In this document: piece by piece, positions 42,834 through 55,672 of the stretch | How positions within the stretch are numbered: the first letter of the stretch is position 1 | How the letters are laid out: each line of letters starts with the position of its first letter | Assembly: GCA_030141605.1 (NCBI GenBank) | Contig: JAQGDQ010000126.1 | Location: 62,001 to 126,000, forward strand | Direction: 5' to 3' | Source: Tubiluchus corallicola | Taxonomy: Eukaryota; Animalia; Priapulida | Length of the DNA stretch: 64,000 nt | Notes under the pieces: generated by a model | What the model saw: only the letters and a program-made list of their open reading frames with translations | Told to the model about the DNA's origin: nothing | Databases searched by the model: none | Position numbers and translations under genes: made by a program

Positions 42834-43791
42834 CTGAAATGTAACGAAAACAGTTGCTGAAATCGTGATATTGATAGTTGTCAATTATACAACATCTAGT
42901 TTATTAGGAACTATCAAAAACGTGTTCTACTATAGATACCTTATAATTAAAGATAATGTGAAGTAAGCATTAAGTTTTAACATTGACATTCATTTTTGTA
43001 AAGCAGTTTTCAGTTATTACAGTAGAATACCCCAATGATAAACATTTATGTATTAATGCAAAATGGTGATTAATGCCAAAAATAGTATTACCAGTCAAGA
43101 AGTAAATTCTGCAGCAAAACAATAACTACATAAGTTATTTAAGATGTAGTTACTATTGAAAAAAATTGTTTCTGTAAGTTTTGTTATTTAGTTAGAGTAT
43201 CATTACGTTAACCGTGAATAAAGTCAGCTGTCCGGCTTAAAATATGATTATTTATAGTTAAGTACAAAGTTTATTATGGAACCAATGTATAGCCAATTAA
43301 TATTACACAGTCAGTAAGATTACATTATATTCTTTTTTATAGCACTTTTCACTCAGAGGCTTGAAAAATACTGATTTTGGCAAATGGCGGTATCCAGTCA
43401 GCCTAAGAGAAAGTTAATGTGTTTAGTCTTGGTTGGCAATTCTACACTGTTGGAGGTGGAACCTTTGTAAAAGTAAAGCAATCTACTTTGTAGGCAAAAT
43501 TTTTATCAATGTGCTGGTTTAAGCAAACTGTTAATTTCTCATGTTGTAATCTTAATAATAATAATGATAATGATAACTGTAGTAATAGTAACTAGTAATC
43601 GTAATAATAACAGTAATAGTAACAGTAATAGTAATAGTAATAGAAAAGTAAAAGTAATAGTTTTCATTAGAAGGTCTTCATTTCAATAGGTCTTTCAATA
43701 GTAGGTCTTCATTTTGAGTGGCCTCTGGCTTTTAATTTGAAAAAAAGCTTAAACTCAGTTTGTTAAAACAGAGCAATTTCATGGTACTCAC

Positions 43792-43901
43792 CCCAAGCCA
43801 TAACCAACCATCGTATAGGCACGAAATATAGCACTACCGTTCCAATACATAGAACAAGGATCAACAGCCATGAAAGAAATGGTGAGGTGAAGTTGAAAGT
43901 A
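43792..43901 (-). CDS. MCTP: MCTP exon, second hydrophobic segment (TFNFTSPFLSWLLILVLCIGTVVLYFVPIRWLVMAW)
   Basis: cag/gtgagt boundaries, 110 nt, phase 2-1. Confidence 0.96.
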
Positions 43902-46081
43902 CTGAAAAATAAACATTTATTAGCGCTCAAAATTCACATGTACTTTTTGTTACTCTTATTATTTTTTGCATCAGTTTATGAATGATTTTCACTCATAATC
44001 GTTATGTATCTCAAAAACCCCGAAGAATAATCTTGTATTATATTCCTATAAAATTGCCAACGTATTATCGAAATATACACTATTATATTATAATTGCAGT
44101 AAGCGCCGCTTAATAAACTCACTTTGGGATAGAGGTATTTTGGCCCAATTAGCCAACTGAATCAATTAGCTGACGGGTGTAGCATATTACTACTATAGGA
44201 GTGGGAGTCTATAAAGTATGAGTCTATATAGTACGAGTACTATAGGAGTATGACTTTTCCTTTCTGCTAAGTCCTGTACAAGTTTATCTTCTTGGTCTGA
44301 GCCATTATATCATTTTATGGTGTATTTAAATTTTGTTTATTTGTTCTAGTAACAGTTTGTATATAACAATGTTGTACTGATTGGCATTTTGGAAATAAAT
44401 TTATTTGTACATCACTCATCACATTAGAATGCATTTGCAAAGGCTTTAAATTAATTTTAGAAACGAATTCATGTCAAAATTCCTATGTGCAATTATTATT
44501 TAAGAAAACAAATTTATATAAGTGAATTAACAAAAAAGAAAATAAAAAAATTCCTTCAAATCTAATTATTCCCACTAAAAATTACAAAAATTTGAGCAAG
44601 GTCGGTTGCTTCATGTCTTCATGAAGAAATTGGTTTATGAAATTCTCTTACTGATAAAAACGTTTAAAATCTGTTGCTGTATCTAGTGCTTGAGCTGTAG
44701 TTGGTAATGAAATTGTTTCCTCTGTGAAAAGTAGCAGGACCTTCGAAAGCAAACCCACTGGACAAGTGATTAACTATTTAGCTTCCAGAAACAATGAGGT
44801 CAACTACAATGGCGAGTGGGTGACAGATTCGAAGCAAAACCACTAGGCTAGCATAATAGCGTATATGAATATGATAAACGTATGTGCTTACAAACAAAGC
44901 TGTACTTAACGTGACTGTTTCTGCGTATATTATAGCGCACAAAAGCGAAGTAAAGATGATATAAAAGTAGGAAAAGCTCTTTGGTCATGCACTAATGTCT
45001 TATTTTAAGTACACGAAGGTAACTATTGAGTTAATTATGTGGAGTTATTTAAATCAATTAAGCGACCAATTCTATTAACTGTGAGCCTAATTAATGGCAC
45101 CTGCTGCATTAATAAACACATCTCCTTCATACCTCACTAAACACTAACGTAACACCAACCAATTTAAAATAATGTCCTTAATGCAATGTTGTAATATTCT
45201 GAATGATGTATGGTTTTCTAAGATACAATTACAAGGTAACAACTTTGATATGGCTGCTGAATTTAATAAAATCAAGCAGTATAAAATAAGAATTAAACTC
45301 AAAAAGAAGATGGGCAAGTGTATAATTTTATATGTATAAATGCAGCAGGAGACTGTTTACAGTTTGTTAGCCTTGCATAACAAGGTGTACATTGCACAAA
45401 CCAAGTAATAACTTAAATAATTATTAGTAAACATTTTTGAATAATGATTTTACTTCTGTGACAGGAGATGCATTAAGTGACAGTTTTGCAGTGCATTAAC
45501 AAATAAAAACTTTTTTTAATATAATTAACAATATAAAATACAAATACAAAATAAGTATTGTGTTTGACATTAACAGTTTGAAAAATTGGTGGTCTAATCA
45601 CTTTTTCACCCGTGACACCTAGGTCAGAGCTCTAAAATAAGCCTACTGTCTCCATCGAATTCCCTATGCTAAATTACTTAGTAAAAGAATTTTGTTTCAG
45701 TGAAATTGATACTGCTAATTTTCTGACCCATGTTGTGTCAACTAACCTTTGATAAATGTACACCATTTAATTTATCTCATCGAGACCCTTCATTTGTTAT
45801 ACTACAAGACACAAGAATCGGTATTTGTTACCTTTGACAGTTAAAATTCAATTCCTCGCGTCAATACCTTTCATTTGATACATTACAAGTTACTGTTGCT
45901 TGACGTTTAAAAGGACTGGTGGCTCCAATCTCCAAATTCTGTCTTTTGTACACTTGGCAAAAAATTTCCTATGCACCTGGGCTATGCTCAGCCATTCACG
46001 AGACCTTGACCCTGCCAGGCCACATGCCAAAAATCGTGGATCTAGTTCAGAAACTGTATGACAGCAGGCCTAAAAGAAATG

Positions 46082-46873
46082 AAACCCACTCTATGACCTG
46101 GGGTGGTGGGCCATATATACACATAAATCCCCCTGCCAGGGGATTGTGCCCTGTGAGTACAAAACCCACTCTTGACTTGGGATGGCAGGCCATGTATACA
46201 CATAAATCCCCCTTCCTGGGGATTGTGCCCTGTAAGTACAAAACCCACTCTTGACTTGGGGTGGCGGGCCATATATACACATAAATCCCCCTTCCTGGGG
46301 ATTGTGCCCTGTAAGTACAAAACCCACTCTATGACCTGGGGTGGTGGGCCATGTATACACATAAATCCCCCTTCCTGGGGATTGTGCCCTGTAAGTACAA
46401 AACCCACTCTTGATTTGGGGTGGCAGGCCATGTATACACATAAATCCCCCCTTCCTGGGGATTGTGCCCTGTAAGTACAAAACCCACTCTTGACTTGGGG
46501 TGGCGGGCCATATATACACATAAATCCCCCTTCCTGGGGATTGCGCCCTGTAAGTACAAAACCCACTCTTGACTTGGGGTGGCGGGCCATATATACACAT
46601 AAATCCCCCTTCCTGGGGATTGTGCCCTGTAAGTACAAAACCCACTCTTGACTTGGGGTGGCGGGTCATATATACACATAAATCACCCTTCCTGGGGATT
46701 GTGCCCTGTAAGTACAAAACCCACTCTTGACTTGGGGTGGCGGGCCATATATACACATAAATCCCCCCTTCCTGGGGATTGTGCCCTGTAAGTACAAAAC
46801 CCACTCTTGACTTGGGGTGGCGGGCCATATATACACATAAATCCCCCTGCCTAGGGATTGTGCCCTGTGAGTA
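46082..46873. repeat. Intronic minisatellite, 79-80-bp unit, about 10 copies
   Basis: Unit aaacccactcttgacttggggtggcgggccatatatacacataaatcccccttcctggggattgtgccctgtaagtaca. Confidence 0.95.
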
Positions 46874-47047
46874 GAAAAATGTACAAAGAAATAAAAATAA
46901 TAATAAACAAAGTATAAAAATCTGGTGTAAATCAAGAAGATTCTGCTGTGATTAAGAATCTTAATTAAGAAACTTCGTTCAAAAACAAACTGCTTGATAT
47001 GTTTCCTTAAATGTATGCACTGCGTTTTAGCATGAACATCATCATAC

Positions 47048-47154
47048 TTTTTAACACTTTCCAAATGCGATGCAATCGACCCAAGCGCATTCTGTACAGT
47101 CAAACAAACATCTTGTACAGCTTGAAGACGTTCTTTAAAGCTTTTTCTTTCTTC
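47048..47154 (-). CDS. MCTP: MCTP exon (EERKSFKERLQAVQDVCLTVQNALGSIASHLESVK)
   Basis: cacag/gtatga boundaries, 107 nt, phase 0-2. Confidence 0.96.
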
Positions 47155-48334
47155 CTGTGAATGGAAAAAATTGATATCAGACTTGAGAAACAAAAATAAT
47201 TTCAACAATGGAAGATAAGAGGTTTGAGGAACTGCTGCAAAAAACAAAGCAACTCAAGTACACAGATTATTAAGAAGATTACAGAGTGAACTAAAAATAT
47301 CTAGAAAAAAATTATAGCATTGAAAAACTTTAAATATTAATTTGGGTAAAAGTAAAGTTACAAAAATGCTTATTATGCAGAAAAGAGTCACAGAGAAAAA
47401 GAAAAATGCAAGTAAAAATGAATATACTTATTACTATTTATTTATTTGATTCTTGCCACATATCTAGATCAATTATTATTAGTAACGTGCGAACAACACA
47501 AAAAATGTGCCACACTACACACTAAGAGTTTTTCTAACTAAGCACTTTGCAAATTAAAAGAAACTCTTGAACTAATACTAGTAGTAATTCAGATCTAACG
47601 TTTCAGATTTAGTATGACCCTGCAGTTGCAAGCTTGTAATAATATTTGATTCCTCTGATGGGTTAATGGACTACCATTACCTAGAACAGAGAAATGCTAG
47701 GCTGTCTACAGGTTCGTCCAAATGAAATCAGCCACTTAATGACCACAGTTAGAGAATGAATACAGCATAGAAAACCTAGTGCTTATAAGTAACATTTTAT
47801 TAATGACAGGTGGTATCAGTTGACATTTTTCTGTAAATAACATCCCGGTAAATAATGAATAGTAAAATGAGTACTCTGAGTACAAAAAAACCGACAATAC
47901 AAAATTAGAATGGGTGAAATAGGTTGAGGCACCAACCTACACGTGACTTGCTGTAGTAGCACATACTGGATAGCTTATTTGAAAAAAAAACCATGCACGG
48001 TTGGATAGTTATTTGTAAAGATAGATTATATTATTGATAGTTAACTATTACCTACTTATTCTTACCACTTCCATAATACCTTTTTGTCACACAATTCAAA
48101 ATAACAAACAATAATAAGCAAATAAATGTACGACTCATATCAACTGACTACAAAGGAATGAAACTTAGGGCAGAAATGAAGAATGATAGTGTTCATAACT
48201 GATATTAAAATTCTAGCTAACATTAAGTAAGAATTTGTGAGAATGAATGAATTTTAAATCAGTGAAACAAAAAATGCAGACAAACAGCAATGAAGACTCT
48301 GTTGAAAATGGGCAGGTCTAAATTTTCTTTTTCA

Positions 48335-48480
48335 CAAGAGCTTTTGTCCTTTATGGACATTGTCAGCTGAAATCTACTTGTACGGCCTAGATCTTGAAAG
48401 ACCAAAAACAAAAATGTCCTTCAAGATCTAGGCCGTACAAGTAGATTTCAGCTGATGAAGTCCACGAAAGATGAAGTGTA
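48335..48480. ncRNA. Intronic palindrome with degenerate minimal hammerhead cores in both arms
   Basis: 48363-48398 is an exact 36-bp reverse complement of 48420-48455; arms continue as CTGATGAAGTCC (right) and, on -, CTGACAATGTCCATAAAGGACAAAAGCTC (left). Confidence 0.65.
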
Positions 48481-50689
48481 CTTTTACTTTAATTAAACAC
48501 TATTTACAGCATTGTCTTAATCTAACATAACTAAGGTGAGCAAAAGTGGGAAAATGCTCATATGTATACTCAGATATGATGATGTCAATTTTCCAAAGTT
48601 ATCTTCCAGGAATATCTTTTTGTACCTTCAAGCTAGTTAAACAAGTTTTAGCCTATTCACAGATAGTTGTATTTCTTTAACTCTATGTAAAAAAATTAAA
48701 CATTTGCTTAAACTTCAAGACCCAGTTTCCCGGCAGTAGTCACAAAATTACATAAAATAACACCAGATAATGTAACATATGCAAAAAAGGTCAACTTATT
48801 AAACAAATTTCATCAACCAGCATCTGTTGTTTTTGGTTTTTAACAAATCAAAGCTTCAAACAAATCTTTAACTGTCCTAAAATTTATGTTATCACACTTG
48901 AGCTAGTAGGGCAAGAATCAAGTTAATCTCGCTATTTACTGTTGAATTCCTAACTAAATTTGTGAAGATTCCTCATATAAATGTAAGTCAAAGATATTAC
49001 CATTATTATTGTTATTATTATAACAGTCAAAACTATCAAATCATATAGTGACTGCAGCCATTGTGTTAGAAACAAATTAAGAAACAAGATTGTCAATATT
49101 TGCACAGCGTACGAGTACACAGGTACACACTGCTGTTTGAAGTTTTTTACCAGATAAAGAAAAAGACAATAGAATGCTAAATGCATGATGTTATATTGTG
49201 TTCAACACTGATCACTGGGCTGTAAAGCAACTTATTTTTATTAAGCTAACGATATAACTGGCCTAGATATTCTAAAAGGCAACCACAGATTAAAATGGTT
49301 TGCCCAATTTGTGATTCTTAAATAAAAGTAAATGCCAGCACCCATTAAATGGTCAACACAGGAGTTTAAATTTTCATGCCTAAAAATGCCAAAAGAGATT
49401 AAACTGGACTGCAATACTACTTAATACAAGTGATATTAGACTATATAACAAAAAAATCAGTTTGGTAAATCATTTTTGCAGCCCAACGCAGGTATCCTGT
49501 CTGCTGCCGAATTACCGTACATAATAGGGTTCTTCTACACTTTCACATATAAATCTTCATTTTAGGTGAAGGCTGTGTTAGATTTTACTAGGGTCTGGCA
49601 AACAACCTGTTGTGCTGAGAGTGGAATCTCAATCTATGCCTGCATAGATTATACAACAGTGAACTGAACAATTTAGCTATAGAAGCACACTACTGAGTTA
49701 CATGACAAGAGAGATAAACAATTAGTAAAAATGTTAGTAGAACATAAGCTATGTGTTAAGCTACAAATTAATCTTTTAGACTATCAAGTGACACGATGAC
49801 CACTGTTGTGCGCAACATCAAACTACTGATCAAACCTCAGCTAAACGACGTTTCTCCGGGTTACAACCAACGCAAATGATTTCAAATAACTCAACAGTAT
49901 CAAAAACCACAAAGTCAAACATGTCCAAATAACTCATGTCAATAGTAGATAGCCACTTCGACTGAAAATAAAAAACATTCCAACAATTCTACCATTCTAC
50001 CAATTGGTTATAGTTCCTTTAAAGATTAGCTCTAAACATGCTGATTATGAAACAAGAATCATAATAATGATATTGTAGTTCCATTGTTTAAGCAGACATT
50101 TATGTACAAAACAGCAAGCAATGTTTTTAATCATCTTACGGTCGATAAAATGGGAAAACTTTTAGATTTAAAAGTTGTAAGTTCTATCACATTCACCATT
50201 GCAGTTATTTATGTGTGCAGAAGCTAACCATAGTACATAATACGAAACTAGAATTCAATCTTGATAATAGACAAATTACTTGCTTAAATTTACATCGGCT
50301 CAAAATATTTATATGCTAGGCTAGAAATCAAGACTGTAATAGGACGCTATAATAAAAAAATCCAGCAATAAAGAAACTGAAAAGATCTGATGTTTGAATA
50401 TACCAGTTTGCATTACCTTCAGGTGAAATGAATAATAGGATGGGCATAAAACTCCTCAAATGCCAATTTTTTGATGGAGAACACAGCGAAATACATAAAT
50501 AAGTGAAAGTTTACAGGCAAGACTGAACTTATAACATTGCATAATGCTTATTACTATGAAGATTAAAGCAAAAGACATTTGTTGACCAAAGTTAAGGTTT
50601 GCATTTATAATATTAGTAATGTTTACTTTATAAACAAAGTTACTGAATTTCAGAGGTTAGAGTTAAGGTGTAAATGTTGACTCCATCCT

Positions 50690-51800
50690 AGGTGAACTCA
50701 GCAGGGCAGGATGAGTGGATGAACCTGATACACCAACTTGGTCCTAGTCTGAAGATTGGCAGAATGCAGTGGTATTCGGGGAAACAAGTCTGGCACCTTC
50801 TTGTCTCTCTTGGTTTACATCTTTCTATCTGAGTTACTTAGGTAGCTACTAAGCAGCTACAAAGGCAATATAAGGATTAACTTGTCTCAATGTAGTACCA
50901 CTTTTTGCATCCGTATCTTCTCAGGTGGTCGCCAGTAAAAAAAGGTCAAGAAAGCCCAGAAAATTCTCTCACGTCCTTGGTGTCAGGAATCAGACAAGCA
51001 TGTAGAAATGTGTACATCTTGAGGTTAAGGGTTCCATTATGTTTCCTCCCAATCCATCCCACTTGATTTCAATTGAATCCCACTGTGATCCCACTTGTGT
51101 CACCAATGTAACGCTGATGTGTCCTGACAGACAAGGGTTTGACAGAAGCTCCCTCTGGCCAGTTTTTGGTGCCAATTAGTAAGTTGTGCGCTGTTTCCAG
51201 TGTCACAAAAACCACTTTAAATGCAAAACAACTGCAGCACACATATCGCGTAAAACTTGCCAGTAGACCAGTTCTGTGCGTTTAATGCTAGCCATTAGCA
51301 TAGAAAAGCAGTGCGAAAGTTCATTCTGCTCTCTCAGCCTAGATACTGCACTGAATTAAATTTCAACTAATATTAGTTTTGGCAGCCACAGTCACTTTTG
51401 TCAAGGTAATGTTTGTGAATTACCATTACTTTAGCAAATTCCATCTTTCGTCACTTTAGTTTAGTGAACGTGTTTTATTTTGTTCCACACTCTAGTACAT
51501 TGTGATGTTCGTACAATTTGATGTTATCCCATGTCAGCTATGCAACACTGTTTCCGATTGTTTGGCAAATTCCATAGGTATTTATGAAATAGAGACAGGC
51601 GAATCCAGCAGGGCATAAGTCACGACCCATGTGTTAGTTCCATGTGCTAGTGGACACATGCAACTGTTTTCCTTAAGCTGTGCTGACCATAGGCATAAAA
51701 GTGTGAGAGCTGCTCACTACTTCTCTCAATATATCGCCATCATAAATTTGCTTAAACTTCAATAAGTAAACCAATCAGTGGTGGCCTAGACATTTACAAA
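50690..51800 (-). mobile_element. RTE-like LINE 3' relic
   Basis: Highly degenerate; GRPP and RYIG-type motifs and a decayed Cys-containing C-terminal motif near 50720-50780. Confidence 0.45.
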
Positions 51801-52691
51801 AAGGACAGGCACACAAAAAACAACATTCTAATGTTTAAACATTGAGATTCAAGCATTTAGTAAAACGACTTTTTCATATTTGCTAATTAAATACTGAAAA
51901 CAGAATGCCTACAACTACGAATATCTGATTGTTAAGGCAGACTATGAGGGTTCTATAATAAGTGCCCAAAGGCACATCTATTGGAGGTTGCACATTTTAG
52001 GTAGCGCCATAATGAAAGGATAGATTGGCAAGTCAATCTGTGAATTACTGTGTATATACTGTAGCAATTTGTCAAGCAATGCACTCAAGGAATCACGACA
52101 CTTAATCTCTTAGTTAAACCAAATCACTTTAAAAATTTTATCTTGTGAATAGGAGTTTAATAGCCTTTACATTAAACATTTAATATATGAGAATTAATAT
52201 TTAAGAATCTATTGTAGCTATCCACAGAATCCTCTACGGCAGGTGCCCCTGTGAATGAATCTCTACGTGGTATTTTAGTTCAAGACGCCTCTAAATACGA
52301 CAATAAGGACAACTGCAATTTCAACAAATTACATGCCAAAATAAAACTAATACTTAACTAATACATAAAAAAATATAAAACTACTACTGAATCTCTGATA
52401 TGCACTTATTAAAGAACATCTGTTAAAATTATATTTGAAACACAATAGCGTGTATCGGACTAACATTACAAACAGATTGCACCTACAGAAAAAAAACACT
52501 CAGAAGAAACAAATCTTATGCATCTGCACACATCAGCAACAAACAACTACAACTACATAAGTAGAACAAAATTTGTAATGTATTGTAAAAATAGGTAAAA
52601 GTATATCATGCCAATGAACACTATTTAAAGCCATAGTACAGAATGCATGCTAAATAATACTACAAGCTATGCATTTGCAATGCTAAATTAC

Positions 52692-52862
52692 CTTTTCCTT
52701 TTCTTCGTCGCTCTCATCATCATCGCCCACAGACTGGGGTGCTACCTCGCTTTCGGAATATGGTTGTTGAGCAGGAAGAGCAAAGTAAGTTCTCAGAAAT
52801 ATTAATAATAAGGCCACTGGTAGCATGTAGAGCTCAAAATTGTAAACTATCACTAAAAATAC
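52692..52862 (-). CDS. MCTP: MCTP exon, first hydrophobic segment + acidic linker (VFLVIVYNFELYMLPVALLLIFL...DDDESDEEKEK)
   Basis: ttttacag/gtaatt boundaries, 171 nt, phase 0-0; NFELYM motif. Confidence 0.96.
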
Positions 52863-52991
52863 CTGTAAAAAAGTGAAGAACAACATCGATTAGAATAATT
52901 TTTTATAATACTTTCTAGAAAAAATTCAATTTTGTATACCAAACAGTGGCCACTGAAGATTAGGCAATATAGTTGAAGCGCCTATATATAC

Positions 52992-53290
52992 TGTTACGGG
53001 GGTGAAATGCCTTTAATTTTCGACCACCCCGCTATATTGTGATGATTCAATCCATTACAAAGCCATTGCATGTCAGCACTGCATAGTAGCTATAAGTAGT
53101 GCGTGCAGTTACCACCTAAGCACCTGTTCCGTAGTCATGATCAGCATAAGGAATGCAGGAAAAGATTCTGGCTAGTTTTCATCTTAATTTTCTGTTTAAG
53201 TTTTTATATTTCTTCTCTACTTTCTCATCTACAACATTTGTTTGCAACATGGTTTGGCTGATCCAGATTTGAACCCTGGACCTCTTGGCC
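52992..53290 (+). mobile_element. Probable LTR (52992-53249) followed by a tRNA primer-binding site
   Basis: Starts TGTTAC, ends GCAACA, internal TATAAG; immediately followed by TGG and gatttgaaccctggacctc, complementary to a tRNA T-arm. Confidence 0.5.
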
Positions 53291-53399
53291 GCCTCCACAA
53301 CAATATATATTTGCTATAACAATTTTATTTTCCGTGGATATATATATGTATCCACAGAAAATAGAATTGTTATGGCAAATTTGCTGTTGTAAACATTTG

Positions 53400-54100
53400 G
53401 AAGGACACATCGTTATTGAGTAATTATTCAGCAGCGGTTGTAGATGATACAAACGAACTTAATGTGATTTTATAATCAATGCTCTTTTAGGCGTTAGTCA
53501 TTTTATCATTGCAGTGATCACAAAAAATTGTGCAAGTACAGCGATATTCAATATAGCATTAGTAGTTTTATAACACAGTGAATTAGGAAATACGCTTCTT
53601 GTTAATCTTAGCCAATATACTTGCTGTTAATCATAGTCAATGTCTGCTTTAGCCTCACAACAAAGCTACTTCAGTCTGCACATAAATGAATGTTTTCCTC
53701 GTAGCTGCGAAGGGTCTATTAACTCATGAATTGCACAGGCTTGCCATCTATTATAGAGCAAGAGATTATATTTAACTTGGAAAGTAAATATGACTCCGGC
53801 AGCTATCCATAAATTGAAAGACTGAGCTTGGTACTACACACAATTTTTCTTTCACCTAGCGCAATCATAATCAACTTATAATAAATAGATTTCTAAACAA
53901 AACATTTTTATAATATTTAATCATAATATCATAAAAGGGCCTCTTTTGCCTTTTGTTCCTAAACATAGACAGTTTGCTCATAGTACTCATAATTCTGCTG
54001 TCTCTCAATTTTCTGCATCCCTGCATATTCCTAGATGAAGAACAGCTGCTTACGAATCTAGTTCTTTCCGTTAGGTTTCTCATCTGTTTAATTTTACACC
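53400..54100 (-). mobile_element. Possible Penelope-like GIY-YIG relic
   Basis: Degenerate KYIG near 53610-53622 and LQPLLN near 53427-53443. Confidence 0.3.
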
Positions 54101-54277
54101 AGAAAATTGTTACATGAAAGTTACAACCTCATCAGATTCAAGAACAGCAAAATGGAAATGACAAGTTGTTATGGCAGACCAAAATTATACTTATTAACTG
54201 TAAAAAACTCAAGCTCAAAAGAACTAATATATGTATGGTACAAAAAACTTGAAGTTGAATAGAACTTGAAAATACAA

Positions 54278-54488
54278 GATTTATTTACTGTCACTCATTT
54301 AACAGATAACATTTGCACTAACGGCTATTTAGTGAAAAACACTTATGAAGTAATACAGGCAAGGACGCAACACACAAATAACGAATAACATGTAGGGTAT
54401 ATGTCCTGGCATTGGCAGCCACTAGTATCGAAATCAAGACTGTACGGTTTTAGTCCGAAATGTAACAACTTGCCACACAACCCAGGAC
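54278..54488 (-). mobile_element. tRNA-derived SINE, copy 2
   Basis: Minus strand cagtcttgatttcgatac...tgccaatgccaggacatataccctacatg...tctgttaaatga matches 31990-32205. Confidence 0.7.
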
Positions 54489-55127
54489 AAAGTACTTATA
54501 ATTCAAGACAATACATGACAAAAATTTATTCTGAAAATTCGAAGTGTTCATTTTTAGTTAAGCATGTTCATCTTTTCTGTGCACTTTGCAAATTTCTTTG
54601 ATATAGTCACATGGTTCATTATAATTTATACAACCCTTACTAACTAAAAGTTTTTTGCAACATGTTGCTTCATAAAGTGTTCAATAAGCCATTTACTCAC
54701 AGTGCCAGAAGCCTGTGTCTGGAAAGAGTGCTCTCTATTTCGATGCGTACATCATGTACTACATGTACTACATAGAAAAGCTATTGCTTTGGGTGCAGAT
54801 TCTTGAACAGTAGAAATGGCATTATTAGTCAAACTGTGTGTAGACATGGAAATGTGAGCTCGCCTATTCAGCATGACATTAAACTATTGTTGTTCTCTAG
54901 ATATGTATAAACAATTACTTACTTATGTATTTATGCCTTATGTAAATTTTTACGTTTCTACCTTTTTTAGCATTTTAAGATGCATCTTGACTATTTTAGC
55001 TTCATCAGTCGGTTATTTTAATTAATTTGTGTATGTTTTTTTTGTATGTAGGTTTTTTATGGACTTATGTGTCTGTTTTAAAGAATAAAATAAATAAAAA
55101 ACAATAAAAGTAACAGGAATCACTTAC

Positions 55128-55247
55128 AATAAAGGCTGATAAGCTCCTAGGGACAGACTCCCACTGGAAACAACTCTGTAAGAAGCGCCCGCAATGTATG
55201 AACGTCAGAGCAAAGTTGCGAACCCTGGCAACATTTGTCATGAACAC
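55128..55247 (-). CDS. MCTP: MCTP exon (VFMTNVARVRNFALTFIHCGRFLQSCFQWESVPRSLSAFI)
   Basis: tag/gtaagt boundaries, 120 nt, phase 0-0; SCFxWES..RSL.AF motif. Confidence 0.96.
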
Positions 55248-55672
55248 CTATTAATTATAAACAATTTATGAATGGTCAAGTACAGACTATTTTGGTATAT
55301 AGTGTTAATAGTAAATAGCAATAATTAACCACTCTTGTAGCCTGTAGACTAAATACCCATTCATTTTAGTCGAATAGCGGCCATCTTGACGTCATAATTA
55401 AATCCTTTCCAGTGGTCAATTTTCAGCCAATTCTGGATATGTTATTCTCAGGACCAACATTTTCTTGCAATTTTTTGGGGGTAGGGCTATTTATTTCATT
55501 ATACTGACCCTACTAACATAGTAAAGTGATAAATACACTCATCCAGGTAAATTCACATGTAAGCATGATCACAGATTATGATGCCCTTATTATGCTCAGG
55601 GATTTGGATCTGAATTCATTCAATCTGGTTATTTTTTAAACACCACGACTCGGATACTAAAATTAGTAAATA

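Noticed and set aside
45919-47247. Long ORFs over the 79-bp array, including the 193-aa ORF 46666-47247
   Set aside because: Repeat artefacts; only 47048-47154 is a real MCTP exon bounded by splice sites
52950-52982. CTGAAGA...GAAGCG hammerhead-like string; also a GAAACGTCG half on - near 49843-49865
   Set aside because: Helix II or the other half of the core is missing; too degenerate to call
53250-53300. tRNA gene on the minus strand
   Set aside because: Only a T-arm/B-box-like part is present; no cloverleaf or A box
55387-55394. Perfect CRE palindrome TGACGTCA in an MCTP intron
   Set aside because: A single 8-mer in repeat-like sequence; expected by chance in 64 kb
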